The notes beneath the pieces are model-generated. The model did not search any database, had not been told where the DNA came from, and saw nothing but the letters and a program-made list of their open reading frames with translations. From an uncultured Rhodobacterales bacterium (GTDB taxonomy: Bacteria; Pseudomonadota; Alphaproteobacteria; Rhodobacterales; Rhodobacteraceae), in NCBI GenBank assembly GCA_963976255.1, contig CAXBJO010000001.1, positions 14,770 to 78,769 on the forward strand: 64,000 bases of DNA, written 5' to 3'. Below are positions 10,821 to 19,869 of this stretch, piece after piece. The translations under genes were made by a program, and so were the position numbers. Position 1 is the first letter of the stretch. Every line of letters begins with the position of its first letter.

Positions 10821-12017
10821 TTAATGTGTATTCTCGATCTTGGTATAGTCAAGTGTACGATCTGAAGGAGATGAGTCGATTGCCATAACTTCGCGTCGCT
10901 TTGTTATCAGTATGAATGCCAAACAAGCGAAATACAGACCAACAACAACGGCACCGATCCATTGAATTTGTAACCACTGGCTTTTAAACAGAAGGGTTAG
11001 CAAAAACAAAACCGCCACGTTACCAGCGATATACATTGGACGCCCAAAACGTTGGGACGTCAGGGACAAGTTATCTGTATACAAGCGGATCAAACTGTCC
11101 AAAGAGTTGATGACGAAAGTAATGCCAACGACGATCATCGCAATGTTTACCGCACCCGCAGTTGGAATCGCATTTAAGTAATAGAAATACAAAACGCTGA
11201 ACCAGATAGCCAATGGGATGGATGGGAAGATCAACAACGACACCAGAAGCTGCCATGTTTTTAACCCACCTACAAAACGGGATGTAAATTGTCCGATCAT
11301 GATTGACCATGCGAACCACCAGAACAGGTAAAATTCATGGTAATCAGTTAACGGTAAAACAAATTTATGCAGGTTGCCAAAGTAGCCGCCGATATTTGAA
11401 ATGGTAGTTCCAAACTGAGACAAACTCATTCCCGCATAAGCCCACATGCCAACAATCAGCGCCAAGAATAGGAACGTCGAACCGACACTCAGTACGCGGA
11501 CAAATTTAATGTCAGTACTGGAATATGCCGCTGCCAAGATGACTGCGAACACGATGACATAGAACGTCGCCACAACGGTTTCACCATCGCCAATTTCGGG
11601 GATGTAGCCGGGCAGATAGATTAAGAACAAACTGGCTGTAAACGCGCATGTGCCGATGATCACAATGTTGTTCAAAATGCGAATCACTGGAATTTCAAAA
11701 AATTTCACATGTGGTTCGATGACACAAAAGTAAAATGCAGTTAGGAAGTAGAATGCCCAGATTAAAAAGCCCCAAAATCCAAACTCAATCGCCAAAGGAT
11801 TGGTAAACGCATATGCTGGTTCTGTTGTGTAGCCGCTAAATTCTGTCAGCGGAAACATGATTAGACCGACGTCCAAACCGGATGTGAATAGAATTGCGAT
11901 GAATGTGAATAATGGTACCGGTGTTACGCCGATACATTCCACATTCCACCATTTGATAACGCAAAATATTACAAGCGCGAACGCCAGTAATACGCCAAGT
12001 GTCAATATCAATTGCAT
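10821..12017 (-). CDS. Short, divergent BCCT-like membrane transporter (candidate choline/betaine carrier)
   Basis: 398 aa, hydrophobic throughout. [16 protein letters not shown] and [23 protein letters not shown] resemble the BCCT Gly-rich helix and Trp-box signature. It is the first gene of the transporter-betB-betA unit. Confidence 0.6.
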   Translation of the reverse strand: MQLILTLGVLLAFALVIFCVIKWWNVECIGVTPVPLFTFIAILFTSGLDVGLIMFPLTEFSGYTTEPAYAFTNPLAIEFGFWGFLIWAFYFLTAFYFCVIEPHVKFFEIPVIRILNNIVIIGTCAFTASLFLIYLPGYIPEIGDGETVVATFYVIVFAVILAAAYSSTDIKFVRVLSVGSTFLFLALIVGMWAYAGMSLSQFGTTISNIGGYFGNLHKFVLPLTDYHEFYLFWWFAWSIMIGQFTSRFVGGLKTWQLLVSLLIFPSIPLAIWFSVLYFYYLNAIPTAGAVNIAMIVVGITFVINSLDSLIRLYTDNLSLTSQRFGRPMYIAGNVAVLFLLTLLFKSQWLQIQWIGAVVVGLYFACLAFILITKRREVMAIDSSPSDRTLDYTKIENTH

Positions 12018-12101
12018 TTGTTACTCTCCCCTTTAAGCCAGCTCTGACCTTTTACGATTGAGGCACCATAGATGAGTTTAACAGTATCGCAAAACAAAAA
12101 A

Positions 12102-12117
12102 TTAAATGGTGATTTAA
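12102..12117. promoter_or_regulatory. Inverted repeat in the betI / transporter-betBA divergent promoter region (candidate operator)
   Basis: TTAAAT-ggtg-ATTTAA, a perfect 6-bp inverted repeat in the 158-nt AT-rich intergenic region. Confidence 0.2.
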
Positions 12118-12175
12118 GAAATGGAATACAAATTAAACTATTGAATGTAATGTGAAAAATACTAACTGTGTGAAC

Positions 12176-12769
12176 ATGACACGCAAAACCATACGCGATA
12201 TTCGCAGTGAAGAGTTAATCGATGCCGCGATTCTTGCGGTGCATGAACGCGGTTACAGTGTTGTGACCATGACAGAGATTGCCAAACGTGCAGGAACTTC
12301 GGCCGCTAGCATTAATTACTACTTCGGCAGTAAAGAACGGTTAATGGAGGCAACGATGCGCCGGTTACTGGATATTTTAAAACAGGCGTTGTTGCGTCGT
12401 TTGGGCGATACAAGCACACCACATGACAGGTTGATGGCGATTTGTGATGCTAATTTTGATGACACGCTGTTTACGGTTGAACAAACCAGTGTCTGGATAC
12501 AATTTTGGTCACACGCGCCATATTCATCCCGCTTGTCGCGATTGCATCAGATCAATCGTAGCCGTGTGCGGTCGCATTTTCGCGCAGAGTTGAGACAACT
12601 GTTGCCCGAAAAAACCCGCGAAACGGTGCGTAGTGCACTACAGGCGTATATGGACGGTGTTTGGCTGGAGGCTGCGCAAACTGATGCGGTGCAGCTGTCC
12701 CCACCCGACGCCCGACGTGGGGCACGCGATGTGGCCGCGCTATTGCTCGCAGATCAAAGTGAGGAATAA
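12176..12769 (+). CDS. betI: TetR-family choline-responsive repressor BetI
   Basis: TetR HTH (VTMTEIAKRAGTSAASINYYFGSKERL). It is divergent from the betB-betA unit. The ATG at 12176 gives 197 aa; an alternative GTG lies at 12152. Confidence 0.85.
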   Translation: MTRKTIRDIRSEELIDAAILAVHERGYSVVTMTEIAKRAGTSAASINYYFGSKERLMEATMRRLLDILKQALLRRLGDTSTPHDRLMAICDANFDDTLFTVEQTSVWIQFWSHAPYSSRLSRLHQINRSRVRSHFRAELRQLLPEKTRETVRSALQAYMDGVWLEAAQTDAVQLSPPDARRGARDVAALLLADQSEE

Positions 12770-12770
12770 G

Positions 12771-14279
12771 TTACTCGCCACGCGGAAAGCGTTTTTCAAC
12801 TTCTAGATTATCCAAATTCATGTGGTTACGCATATAACGTTCTGAAGCATCCTGTAAGGGTTGGTAATCCCACGGGAAATAGTTCCCATTGCGTAATGCC
12901 TCGTAAACTACCCAACGCCGTGCTTGGCTCTCGCGAACAGCGCCGTCGAATGCGTCCAAATCCCAACGCGCTTCGGACTTTGCGCGCAGTTGGTCCAACG
13001 TCCCTTGATGTGCTGGTACGCCTGCAAGGTTGACTAATTCGTGGGGGTCTTCATCTAGATTGAACAACTGATCCGCGTCCAATGCGCATCGATTATACTT
13101 CCATGGCCCGTATCGCAGGGACACCATTGGCGCATATGATCCCTCGGCCGCGTATTCCATGGCGACGGGGCTGGTGCGTTCACCGCCTTGGCCAAGATGA
13201 ACCAAGCTCTCGCCCTCAACCCACGGTGCGATTTCATCCATTGATACACCCGCCAAGTCGCACAAAGTGGGTGTAACGTCGATGTTGGATACTGGGGTTG
13301 AGACCAATCCCGGTTCCATGGAAGGATCGCAGATCATTAGTGGAACCCGCGAGGAGCCTTCAAAGAAGGACATTTTAAACCACAGACCGCGTTCACCAAG
13401 CATGTCACCGTGATCAGATACGAACAATATCGTGGCCTCTTGGCGTGTGGATTCTAAGGCCTCTATCACCTCGCCTATTTTGTCATCAAGATAGCTGATG
13501 TTGGCGAAATATGCGCGGCGAGATTTTTGAATATCTTCGGCCGTAATATTAAACTCACGCCAGTTGTTGGCGTCGAAAATACGTTTGGAATGAGCGTCGT
13601 GATCACCATAGTCCATTGTTGGAATTGTCGGCATCAAATGTTTGCAATCTTCGTACAAGTCCCAATATTTTTTGCGCGCAACATAGGGGTCGTGGGGGTG
13701 TGTAAAGCTAACGGTTAAACACCATGGCCGATCATCCGCCCCACGCGCCAAATCGTAAACTTTGCGGGTTGCATTATACGCCACTTCGTCGTCGTATTCC
13801 ATTTGGTTTGAAATTTCGGCAACGCCCGCACCCGTAACGGATCCCATGTTATGATACCACCAATCAATGCGTTCGCCTGGTTTGCGATAATCAGGCGTCC
13901 AGCCAAAATCAGCAGGATATATATCGGTGGTCAAACGTTCCTCGAACCCGTGCATTTGATCGGGCCCGACGAAATGCATCTTGCCAGACAGGCAGGTTTG
14001 ATAACCTGCGCGGCGTAAATGGTGTGCGTATGTTGGGATGTCGGATGCGAATTCAGCGGCGTTATCATAGACCCGAGATTTCGACGGCAGTAAGCCTGAC
14101 ATAAACGATGCGCGACCCGGTGCGCACAGCGGCGATGCAGTATAGCTGTTTTGAAAACGTGTAGATTTTGCGGCCAGCTTTTTCAGGTTTGGCGCATGTA
14201 ACCAATTCGCGGGGCCATCGGGGAATAATGTTCCATTCAGCTGATCCACCATGATAATAAGGATATTGGGTTTGGACAT
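12771..14279 (-). CDS. betC: Choline-sulfatase
   Basis: Sulfatase N-terminus MSKPNILIIMVDQLN and formylglycine motif SPLCAPGRASFMSG. 502 aa, in bet locus context. Confidence 0.9.
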   Translation of the reverse strand: MSKPNILIIMVDQLNGTLFPDGPANWLHAPNLKKLAAKSTRFQNSYTASPLCAPGRASFMSGLLPSKSRVYDNAAEFASDIPTYAHHLRRAGYQTCLSGKMHFVGPDQMHGFEERLTTDIYPADFGWTPDYRKPGERIDWWYHNMGSVTGAGVAEISNQMEYDDEVAYNATRKVYDLARGADDRPWCLTVSFTHPHDPYVARKKYWDLYEDCKHLMPTIPTMDYGDHDAHSKRIFDANNWREFNITAEDIQKSRRAYFANISYLDDKIGEVIEALESTRQEATILFVSDHGDMLGERGLWFKMSFFEGSSRVPLMICDPSMEPGLVSTPVSNIDVTPTLCDLAGVSMDEIAPWVEGESLVHLGQGGERTSPVAMEYAAEGSYAPMVSLRYGPWKYNRCALDADQLFNLDEDPHELVNLAGVPAHQGTLDQLRAKSEARWDLDAFDGAVRESQARRWVVYEALRNGNYFPWDYQPLQDASERYMRNHMNLDNLEVEKRFPRGE

Positions 14280-14379
14280 TGGTGTACCTGCTGATTGATT
14301 TATTTTGCTAGATTATAAGGCGAAATTGTACAAGAGCGTCACGCAAATTCGACCCTAACGGTATCGTAATCGACGTCTT

Positions 14380-15324
14380 TTATTGGGTCTTTTGGGTGAT
14401 TTTGTTTAGTAATTTGAACAAGGTTTTGCAGTCTTGGGTATCGGTGACTCCGAACACATTTGCCTCCATTTGGCTATCCAGTTCGAACAGATGCGCGACC
14501 TTTTCCTGACCTTTGGCTGTGCCTTGGACAATGGCATTTTGCGCGGTACCATCGAGGGTACACAAACCCTCTTGTTCCATCGCCGCTAACATATCCACCA
14601 ATGCCGGTGGTTGAATAAACGAGCGTTCTGCCAATTCGGGCACAGAATGTTTGGTTACACCACCGTGCAAAACAGCTAAGATGCGCCATTCTGGCAAGGT
14701 CAATCCTGTTGCCCTTACTTCGGCATGAAAATGCGAGGCAACTTGATGAAATGCACGTGACAAATGGAAGAAGAGCAGGTTGTTCACGGGTGCATTTTCC
14801 ATCTCGATTCCGTCGTTTTCACGCGAGGGTTGAATGGGGGATGCGGTGGCGTATGACCCGCCAGCGAAAACCAATCCTTCCTTTTTGGAACGGGCAAAAT
14901 TCAACACTTCGCCTAAAATAATCCAGTGATCGCCGCCATCGTAGACTGCATATTGTTTGCAATCAAAACGGCTGGCTGTACCTATGATTACGGGAACGTT
15001 ATTGTTGTCGAGTTGGAAATCCGTTCCGCCAAATTTGTCCGCACCAGCTCGCGCAAAACGATTTGAAACGTCCGTTTGATCAAATGCTAAAACATGTACG
15101 GCAAAGTGTTGCGCGGCGATAAAAGCAGGGGCTGATCGAGCGGTTTTGGTGACGCTCCATAGGATCAAGGGCGGATCCATTGATACAGAATTGAAACTAC
15201 TACAGGTCATACCTACAGGTGCGCCATCGCCGTCTTGGGCGGTAATGATGGTAACGCCTGTCGCAAAAGCAGACAAAGCATCACGGAATTCGCGGGCGTC
15301 AAAAGTCATTTCAAATCCAGACAA
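14380..15324 (-). CDS. Fusion protein: flavin reductase-like FMN-binding domain (N) + MarR-type winged-helix domain (C)
   Basis: Residues ~10-165 (FRDALSAFATGVTIITAQDGDGAPVGMTCSSFNSVSMDPPLILWSV ... GDHWIILGEV) are HpaC/RutF-like. Residues ~185-314 (LSRAFHQVASHFHAEVRATGLTLPEWRILAVL...) are MarR-like. It is a single uninterrupted ORF. Confidence 0.8.
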   Translation of the reverse strand: MSGFEMTFDAREFRDALSAFATGVTIITAQDGDGAPVGMTCSSFNSVSMDPPLILWSVTKTARSAPAFIAAQHFAVHVLAFDQTDVSNRFARAGADKFGGTDFQLDNNNVPVIIGTASRFDCKQYAVYDGGDHWIILGEVLNFARSKKEGLVFAGGSYATASPIQPSRENDGIEMENAPVNNLLFFHLSRAFHQVASHFHAEVRATGLTLPEWRILAVLHGGVTKHSVPELAERSFIQPPALVDMLAAMEQEGLCTLDGTAQNAIVQGTAKGQEKVAHLFELDSQMEANVFGVTDTQDCKTLFKLLNKITQKTQ

Positions 15325-15851
15325 ATCAATTTCACGTTCTGTGTCATATGAGCATGACTATACAGAATAAAAATTGCAACGTTTGTCGGCGCGTAATGCA
15401 TTTATGGGCTTGGTTCGTTGACGTTCGACGAATGTACAGCTTTTTAGAAGCCGTGGAATTGAAATTGATTTATAGATTTGCAATTTATCTTTTTCCTTTC
15501 CACGCTGTTCGATATATCGCGTCCTGCGCACACATCACAAGGAGCCAAGTTACATTCGCAATCTAAATCTGACCCACACGTGTTGTTTTTGAAATTCTTC
15601 TGATTAACAGCGGCGCCTCACTAATTTGTCGACGGCAATCTTTTGGTTGATGCTATCTTCTTGCAACTAAAATGTAGAAGTTTGAACTAATCCAACCATT
15701 GTTATCTTCATAAGAACAAGAAACAAAATCATACTGGCGGAAGCAGAAAATTGACAAAACTTTTGATTTTGAGGATATTTAGCCATATAAAACAGCTTTT
15801 ATTTGCATGATACAAAAATCTAGGGCAAAGTGTCACGAAATAGCTTAAGAA

Positions 15852-16268
15852 ATGAGATTAAAAATGAAGTTTGGATTGATGATCTGCAAAATTCTGAGCG
15901 TGGCTGCCTTGACAGTAGGTGCAAACACTGCGAGCGCGCAAAGCGTCGAGAGTATTTTTCTCGGAGGAAGTCGTTATGTTTACGACATCTATCGCGGTGA
16001 AACCGTGGAGGAATCAGTTGCCAGGCTGCCAAATAAATTGATTGTTCTAAATTCAATGTTGCCCCAAATGGCCAAAATTTACAAAGATTGTGCTCGAGAA
16101 ACCAAGTTTCGAGGTAGGGTTCGTGCCGTCGCAAATGTGTACAGCTCTCATTTTTCGACAGTGACGCTTGAGCGCCATCCATCTATGTCGGCTGATGTAT
16201 TTGAGACCAGTGTTGCATGCGTCAAAAGCGAAGTAACACAAGCGTCGGCGTCGCGTGTATCATACTAA
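15852..16268 (+). CDS. Hypothetical small secreted protein (orphan)
   Basis: The only sizeable ORF in the AT-rich gap. It has a Sec-type signal peptide (KFGLMICKILSVAALTVGANTASA-QS) and two Cys in the mature part. I recognised no family. A possible TTGACA at 15751-15756 lies upstream. Confidence 0.4.
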   Translation: MRLKMKFGLMICKILSVAALTVGANTASAQSVESIFLGGSRYVYDIYRGETVEESVARLPNKLIVLNSMLPQMAKIYKDCARETKFRGRVRAVANVYSSHFSTVTLERHPSMSADVFETSVACVKSEVTQASASRVSY

Positions 16269-17140
16269 TGTGCACCGCAAATCTACAAATCTGGCGTGAC
16301 TAAGTTTCCCCTCGAATCAATTCCAGTGCTGGCCTACTTTCCCCACGGGCTGGCGTTGAAAGCACGATCTCAGTACTTCTAATTGTGGCGCATGTAGCAG
16401 TATAGGCCTTGTGGCTGACGTGTTCGCATCATTGTAATACGTCACTTTTTATGGGTACAAATTTGAGTGTATAATTGAAGTCCTACCGACCACTGCGGTA
16501 AGATTGACTGTCAAATGGGATGCCTCCACAATATTATACGCCTGCGTTGTGCTAACAAAGCAACAATAGGACGGCCAATAAGTATACAACCAATTCTCTA
16601 TTGTTAAGACTTTTAGTAAAGCTCTGTATTTTCTTCCTATCCAGCCCATATTTAATTGGTGCTAGTCGGTCGGCAACTTTGCTTCACAACTGTACTCGTT
16701 TTTACCATACAACTAGAAACTCATAGAGACTTATGTGGAGCTACAACCTGTCTATCCCGTTTCTTTTCGAACGGCGGTGTTTCTGAATCTATCTTCAACA
16801 TTTACTTGCCATAGCTCTGCATTCTAATAAGGGTGGACTTAGAAAGAATTGTTTTTAATATAGTCGTCCCTCGCCAATAATGCAGAAACTAGGGAACGCG
16901 ATACTAATAGGGCATGTAGCTTTTGTTGCTTGTACTAAACCCTGCAGCCCTGCTGTTTTTTACAGCCATCGGAATGGTAGGCAATATACCTTTAAACCTC
17001 TATTTTAACAGGCGAATAAACCATATAAGAAAAATTCATCTAGACTCTACCAATTATTTCATCAATTAATTATCTCTAGGATTTCGAGGCGCTTGGCCTT
17101 GGCTGAGCGATAAGTCCGAACAACTTTTGGGAGACAAAAA

Positions 17141-18322
17141 ATGAAAAAATTACTATTGGCTACGGTTGCATCTGCTGCAATGGCGACGGCTGCATCTGCT
17201 GATGAGGTTAAAATCGGCGTATTCTTGGGCTTTACGGGTCCGATCGAGAGTTTGGTTGCGCAAATGGCGCCTGGCGCAGAAGCGGCGATTGCCGAAGTGT
17301 CTGCATCAGGTAAATTCATGAACGGTTCAACCGTTGTATCTGTTCGTGCAGATACAACATGTGTTGACGCGGCGGCGGCAACTGCGGCGGCGGAACGTTT
17401 GATCACATCAGACAAAGTGTCCGGCATTGTTGGCGGTGACTGTTCAGGTGTAACAACTGCGACACTGACAAACGTTGCGATGCCCAACGGCATGGTAATG
17501 ATTTCGCCATCTGCGACATCACCTGCGTTGTCAACAATCGAAGACAACGGTCTGTTTTTCCGCACGGCACCATCTGATGCGCGCCAAGGTGTTGTTATGA
17601 CGGACGTGATCATGGATCGCGGTTACAAATCTGTCGCGCTGACATACACAAACAACGATTACGGCAAGGGATTGGCCGATGCATTCGAAGCAGCATTCAC
17701 CGCCGCAGGCGGCACCGTAACAATCAACACATCACACGAAGATGGCAAAGCGGATTACTCTGCTGAAGTTGGCGCATTAGCCGCTGCAGGTGGTGAGATT
17801 TTGGTTGTTGCAGGTTACCTTGACCAAGGTGGTAAAGGCATCATTCAAGGCGCATTGGACACAGGTGCGTTTGATACGTTCGTCCTGCCCGATGGCATGG
17901 TTGGCGACGCATTGCCGGCGGCAATCGGAACAGATTTGGACGGCTCTTTCGGCCAAGCACCAGGTACTGACAGCGAGGGCGCTGGCAAGTTGAAAATGAT
18001 TGCTGGCGATGCGTTTGATTCAACATCACCTTTCGCAGGCGAAAGCTATGACGCGGCAGCGCTGATTTTGTTGGCTATGCAAGCGGCGGGCTCATCTGCA
18101 CCTGCTGATTACAAAGGCAAAGTATTCGATGTTGCAAACGCACCAGGTGAGCAAATTTTGCCAGGTGAATTGGCTAAAGGTTTGGAAATCTTGGCCGCTG
18201 GCGGCGAAATCGATTATGTTGGAGCATCAAACGTCGAGTTGATTGGTGCTGGCGAAAGTGCTGGTAACTACCGCGAAATCGAAATCAAGGACGCGAAACT
18301 GACAACTGTTAAGTATCGCTAA
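17141..18322 (+). CDS. Leu/Ile/Val-binding-family ABC transporter substrate-binding protein
   Basis: Signal peptide MKKLLLATVASAAMATAASA, then EVKIGVFLGFTGP typical of LivK/PF13458-type binders. A GGGAGA RBS lies upstream. Confidence 0.9.
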   Translation: MKKLLLATVASAAMATAASADEVKIGVFLGFTGPIESLVAQMAPGAEAAIAEVSASGKFMNGSTVVSVRADTTCVDAAAATAAAERLITSDKVSGIVGGDCSGVTTATLTNVAMPNGMVMISPSATSPALSTIEDNGLFFRTAPSDARQGVVMTDVIMDRGYKSVALTYTNNDYGKGLADAFEAAFTAAGGTVTINTSHEDGKADYSAEVGALAAAGGEILVVAGYLDQGGKGIIQGALDTGAFDTFVLPDGMVGDALPAAIGTDLDGSFGQAPGTDSEGAGKLKMIAGDAFDSTSPFAGESYDAAALILLAMQAAGSSAPADYKGKVFDVANAPGEQILPGELAKGLEILAAGGEIDYVGASNVELIGAGESAGNYREIEIKDAKLTTVKYR

Positions 18323-18341
18323 GCCTGCCACGTGAACATTG

Positions 18342-18367
18342 AGGCGGCTCCATTTGGGGCCGCCTTT
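18342..18367 (+). terminator. Hairpin after the binding-protein gene
   Basis: AGGCGGCTCC (18342-18351) pairs with GGGGCCGCCT (18356-18365), with one G-U pair and a 4-nt loop. It is followed by TT and begins 20 nt after the stop codon. Confidence 0.5.
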
Positions 18368-18384
18368 CCATATGGAATATACCC

Positions 18385-19164
18385 ATGATTACCGTAGAGA
18401 ACTTGACCAAGAAATTTGGCGGCTTTACCGCCGTTAACAATGCGTCCCTGACAATTGAGAAGGGATCAATCACCGGATTGGTCGGCCCCAATGGCGCAGG
18501 CAAGACGACGTTGTTTAATGTGATTGCTGGCGTGCATGCCCCATCTGGTGGGCGCGTGACATTAGACGGCGAAGACATCACAGGATTACCTCCCCATGCA
18601 TTATTCCACAAAGGTTTGTTACGCACGTTTCAGATCGCCCACGAGTTTGGCACCATGTCTGTACGCGAGAATTTGATGATGGTTCCCGGCGGCCAATCAG
18701 GCGAGAGCCTGAAGGATGTCTGGTTGAAACCCGCCAAAATCCGCGCAGAAGAAGAGGCGTTGCGTGCCAAAGCAAATGACGTCATTGATTTTTTGGAGAT
18801 TTCACATGTCGCGGACGAACTGGCAGGGAATCTGTCAGGTGGCCAGAAAAAATTGTTGGAATTGGGCCGCACGATGATGGTCGATGCCAAGATTGTTTTC
18901 TTGGACGAGGTTGGGGCAGGGGTGAACCGCACCCTGTTGAACACGATCGGCGATGCGATCATTCGATTAAACAAGGAACGCGGATATACGTTTTGTGTGA
19001 TTGAACACGACATGGATTTCATCGGACGCCTGTGTGATCCAGTGATTGTCATGGCCGAGGGCGGCGTTTTGGCCGAGGGCACGCTGGATGAAATCAAAGC
19101 GAATGAACACGTGATCGAGGCCTATTTGGGAACTGGTCTGAAGAACAAGGATAAAGCGTCATGA
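18385..19164 (+). CDS. Branched-chain amino acid-type ABC transporter ATP-binding protein (LivG-like)
   Basis: Walker A GPNGAGKTT, signature LSGGQKKLLELGR and Walker B IVFLDEVGAG are present. Confidence 0.9.
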   Translation: MITVENLTKKFGGFTAVNNASLTIEKGSITGLVGPNGAGKTTLFNVIAGVHAPSGGRVTLDGEDITGLPPHALFHKGLLRTFQIAHEFGTMSVRENLMMVPGGQSGESLKDVWLKPAKIRAEEEALRAKANDVIDFLEISHVADELAGNLSGGQKKLLELGRTMMVDAKIVFLDEVGAGVNRTLLNTIGDAIIRLNKERGYTFCVIEHDMDFIGRLCDPVIVMAEGGVLAEGTLDEIKANEHVIEAYLGTGLKNKDKAS

Positions 19165-19865
19165 GTTATCTGATTGGCGAAGGCATGACAGGGGGTTATG
19201 GCGGTGCGGATATTCTGCACGACTGTACGATTGCCGCCGAAAAAGGCGAGATTGCCGTGATCGTTGGCCCCAATGGTGCGGGCAAATCCACCGCGATGAA
19301 GGCGGTGTTTGGGATGCTAAACATCCATACCGGCCGCGTGATGTTGGACGGCGAAGATATCACCAAATTGTCACCTCAAGCACGGGTTGCCAAGGGCATG
19401 GCGTTTGTGCCGCAAACGTCCAACGTTTTTCCCACCATGACGGTCGAGGAGAATTTGGAAATGGGCGCGTTTTTACGCCGTGATGACATAAGCCAAACCA
19501 TGGAGCAGGTGTTCGAATTATTCCCCATTCTGAAGGACAAGCGCCGTCAGAACGCCGGTGAATTATCAGGGGGGCAGCGTCAACAGGTGGCTGTTGGGCG
19601 CGCGTTGATGACACAGCCAAAATTGTTGATGTTGGACGAACCAACGGCAGGTGTTTCGCCCATCGTAATGGATGAACTATTTGATCGCATCATCGAGGTT
19701 GCCCGCACAGGGATTTCCATTTTGATGGTCGAACAAAACGCACGCCAAGCATTGAACATCGCCGACAAAGGCTATGTTTTGGTGCAGGGGCGCAATCGAT
19801 TTACGGACACGGGGCAGGTTCTGTTGAACAACCCCGAAGTGCGCAAAAGTTTTTTGGGGGGTTGA
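19161..19865 (+). CDS. Branched-chain amino acid-type ABC transporter ATP-binding protein (LivF-like)
   Basis: GPNGAGKST, LSGGQRQQVAVGRAL and LLMLDEPTAG are present. It overlaps the previous gene by 4 nt. Confidence 0.9.
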   Translation: MSYLIGEGMTGGYGGADILHDCTIAAEKGEIAVIVGPNGAGKSTAMKAVFGMLNIHTGRVMLDGEDITKLSPQARVAKGMAFVPQTSNVFPTMTVEENLEMGAFLRRDDISQTMEQVFELFPILKDKRRQNAGELSGGQRQQVAVGRALMTQPKLLMLDEPTAGVSPIVMDELFDRIIEVARTGISILMVEQNARQALNIADKGYVLVQGRNRFTDTGQVLLNNPEVRKSFLGG

Positions 19866-19869
19866 GGAC

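Noticed and set aside
15820-16182. 120-aa minus-strand ORF overlapping the 138-aa secreted-protein ORF.
   Set aside because: It has no signal peptide, motif or plausible start context. Only one of the two overlapping frames is likely real, and the plus-strand ORF has a clear signal peptide.
15325-17140. Possibility of a CRISPR array, tandem repeats, an IS element/MITE, or a known housekeeping RNA (tmRNA, RNase P, SRP, 6S) in the AT-rich gap.
   Set aside because: Reading the region on both strands showed no repeated units of 20-40 nt, no terminal inverted repeats and none of the conserved cores of those RNAs. A local taagtccg near 17110 only superficially resembles the RNase P GAAAGUCCGG motif. 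The region is kept as a finding of unknown nature rather than called as any of these.
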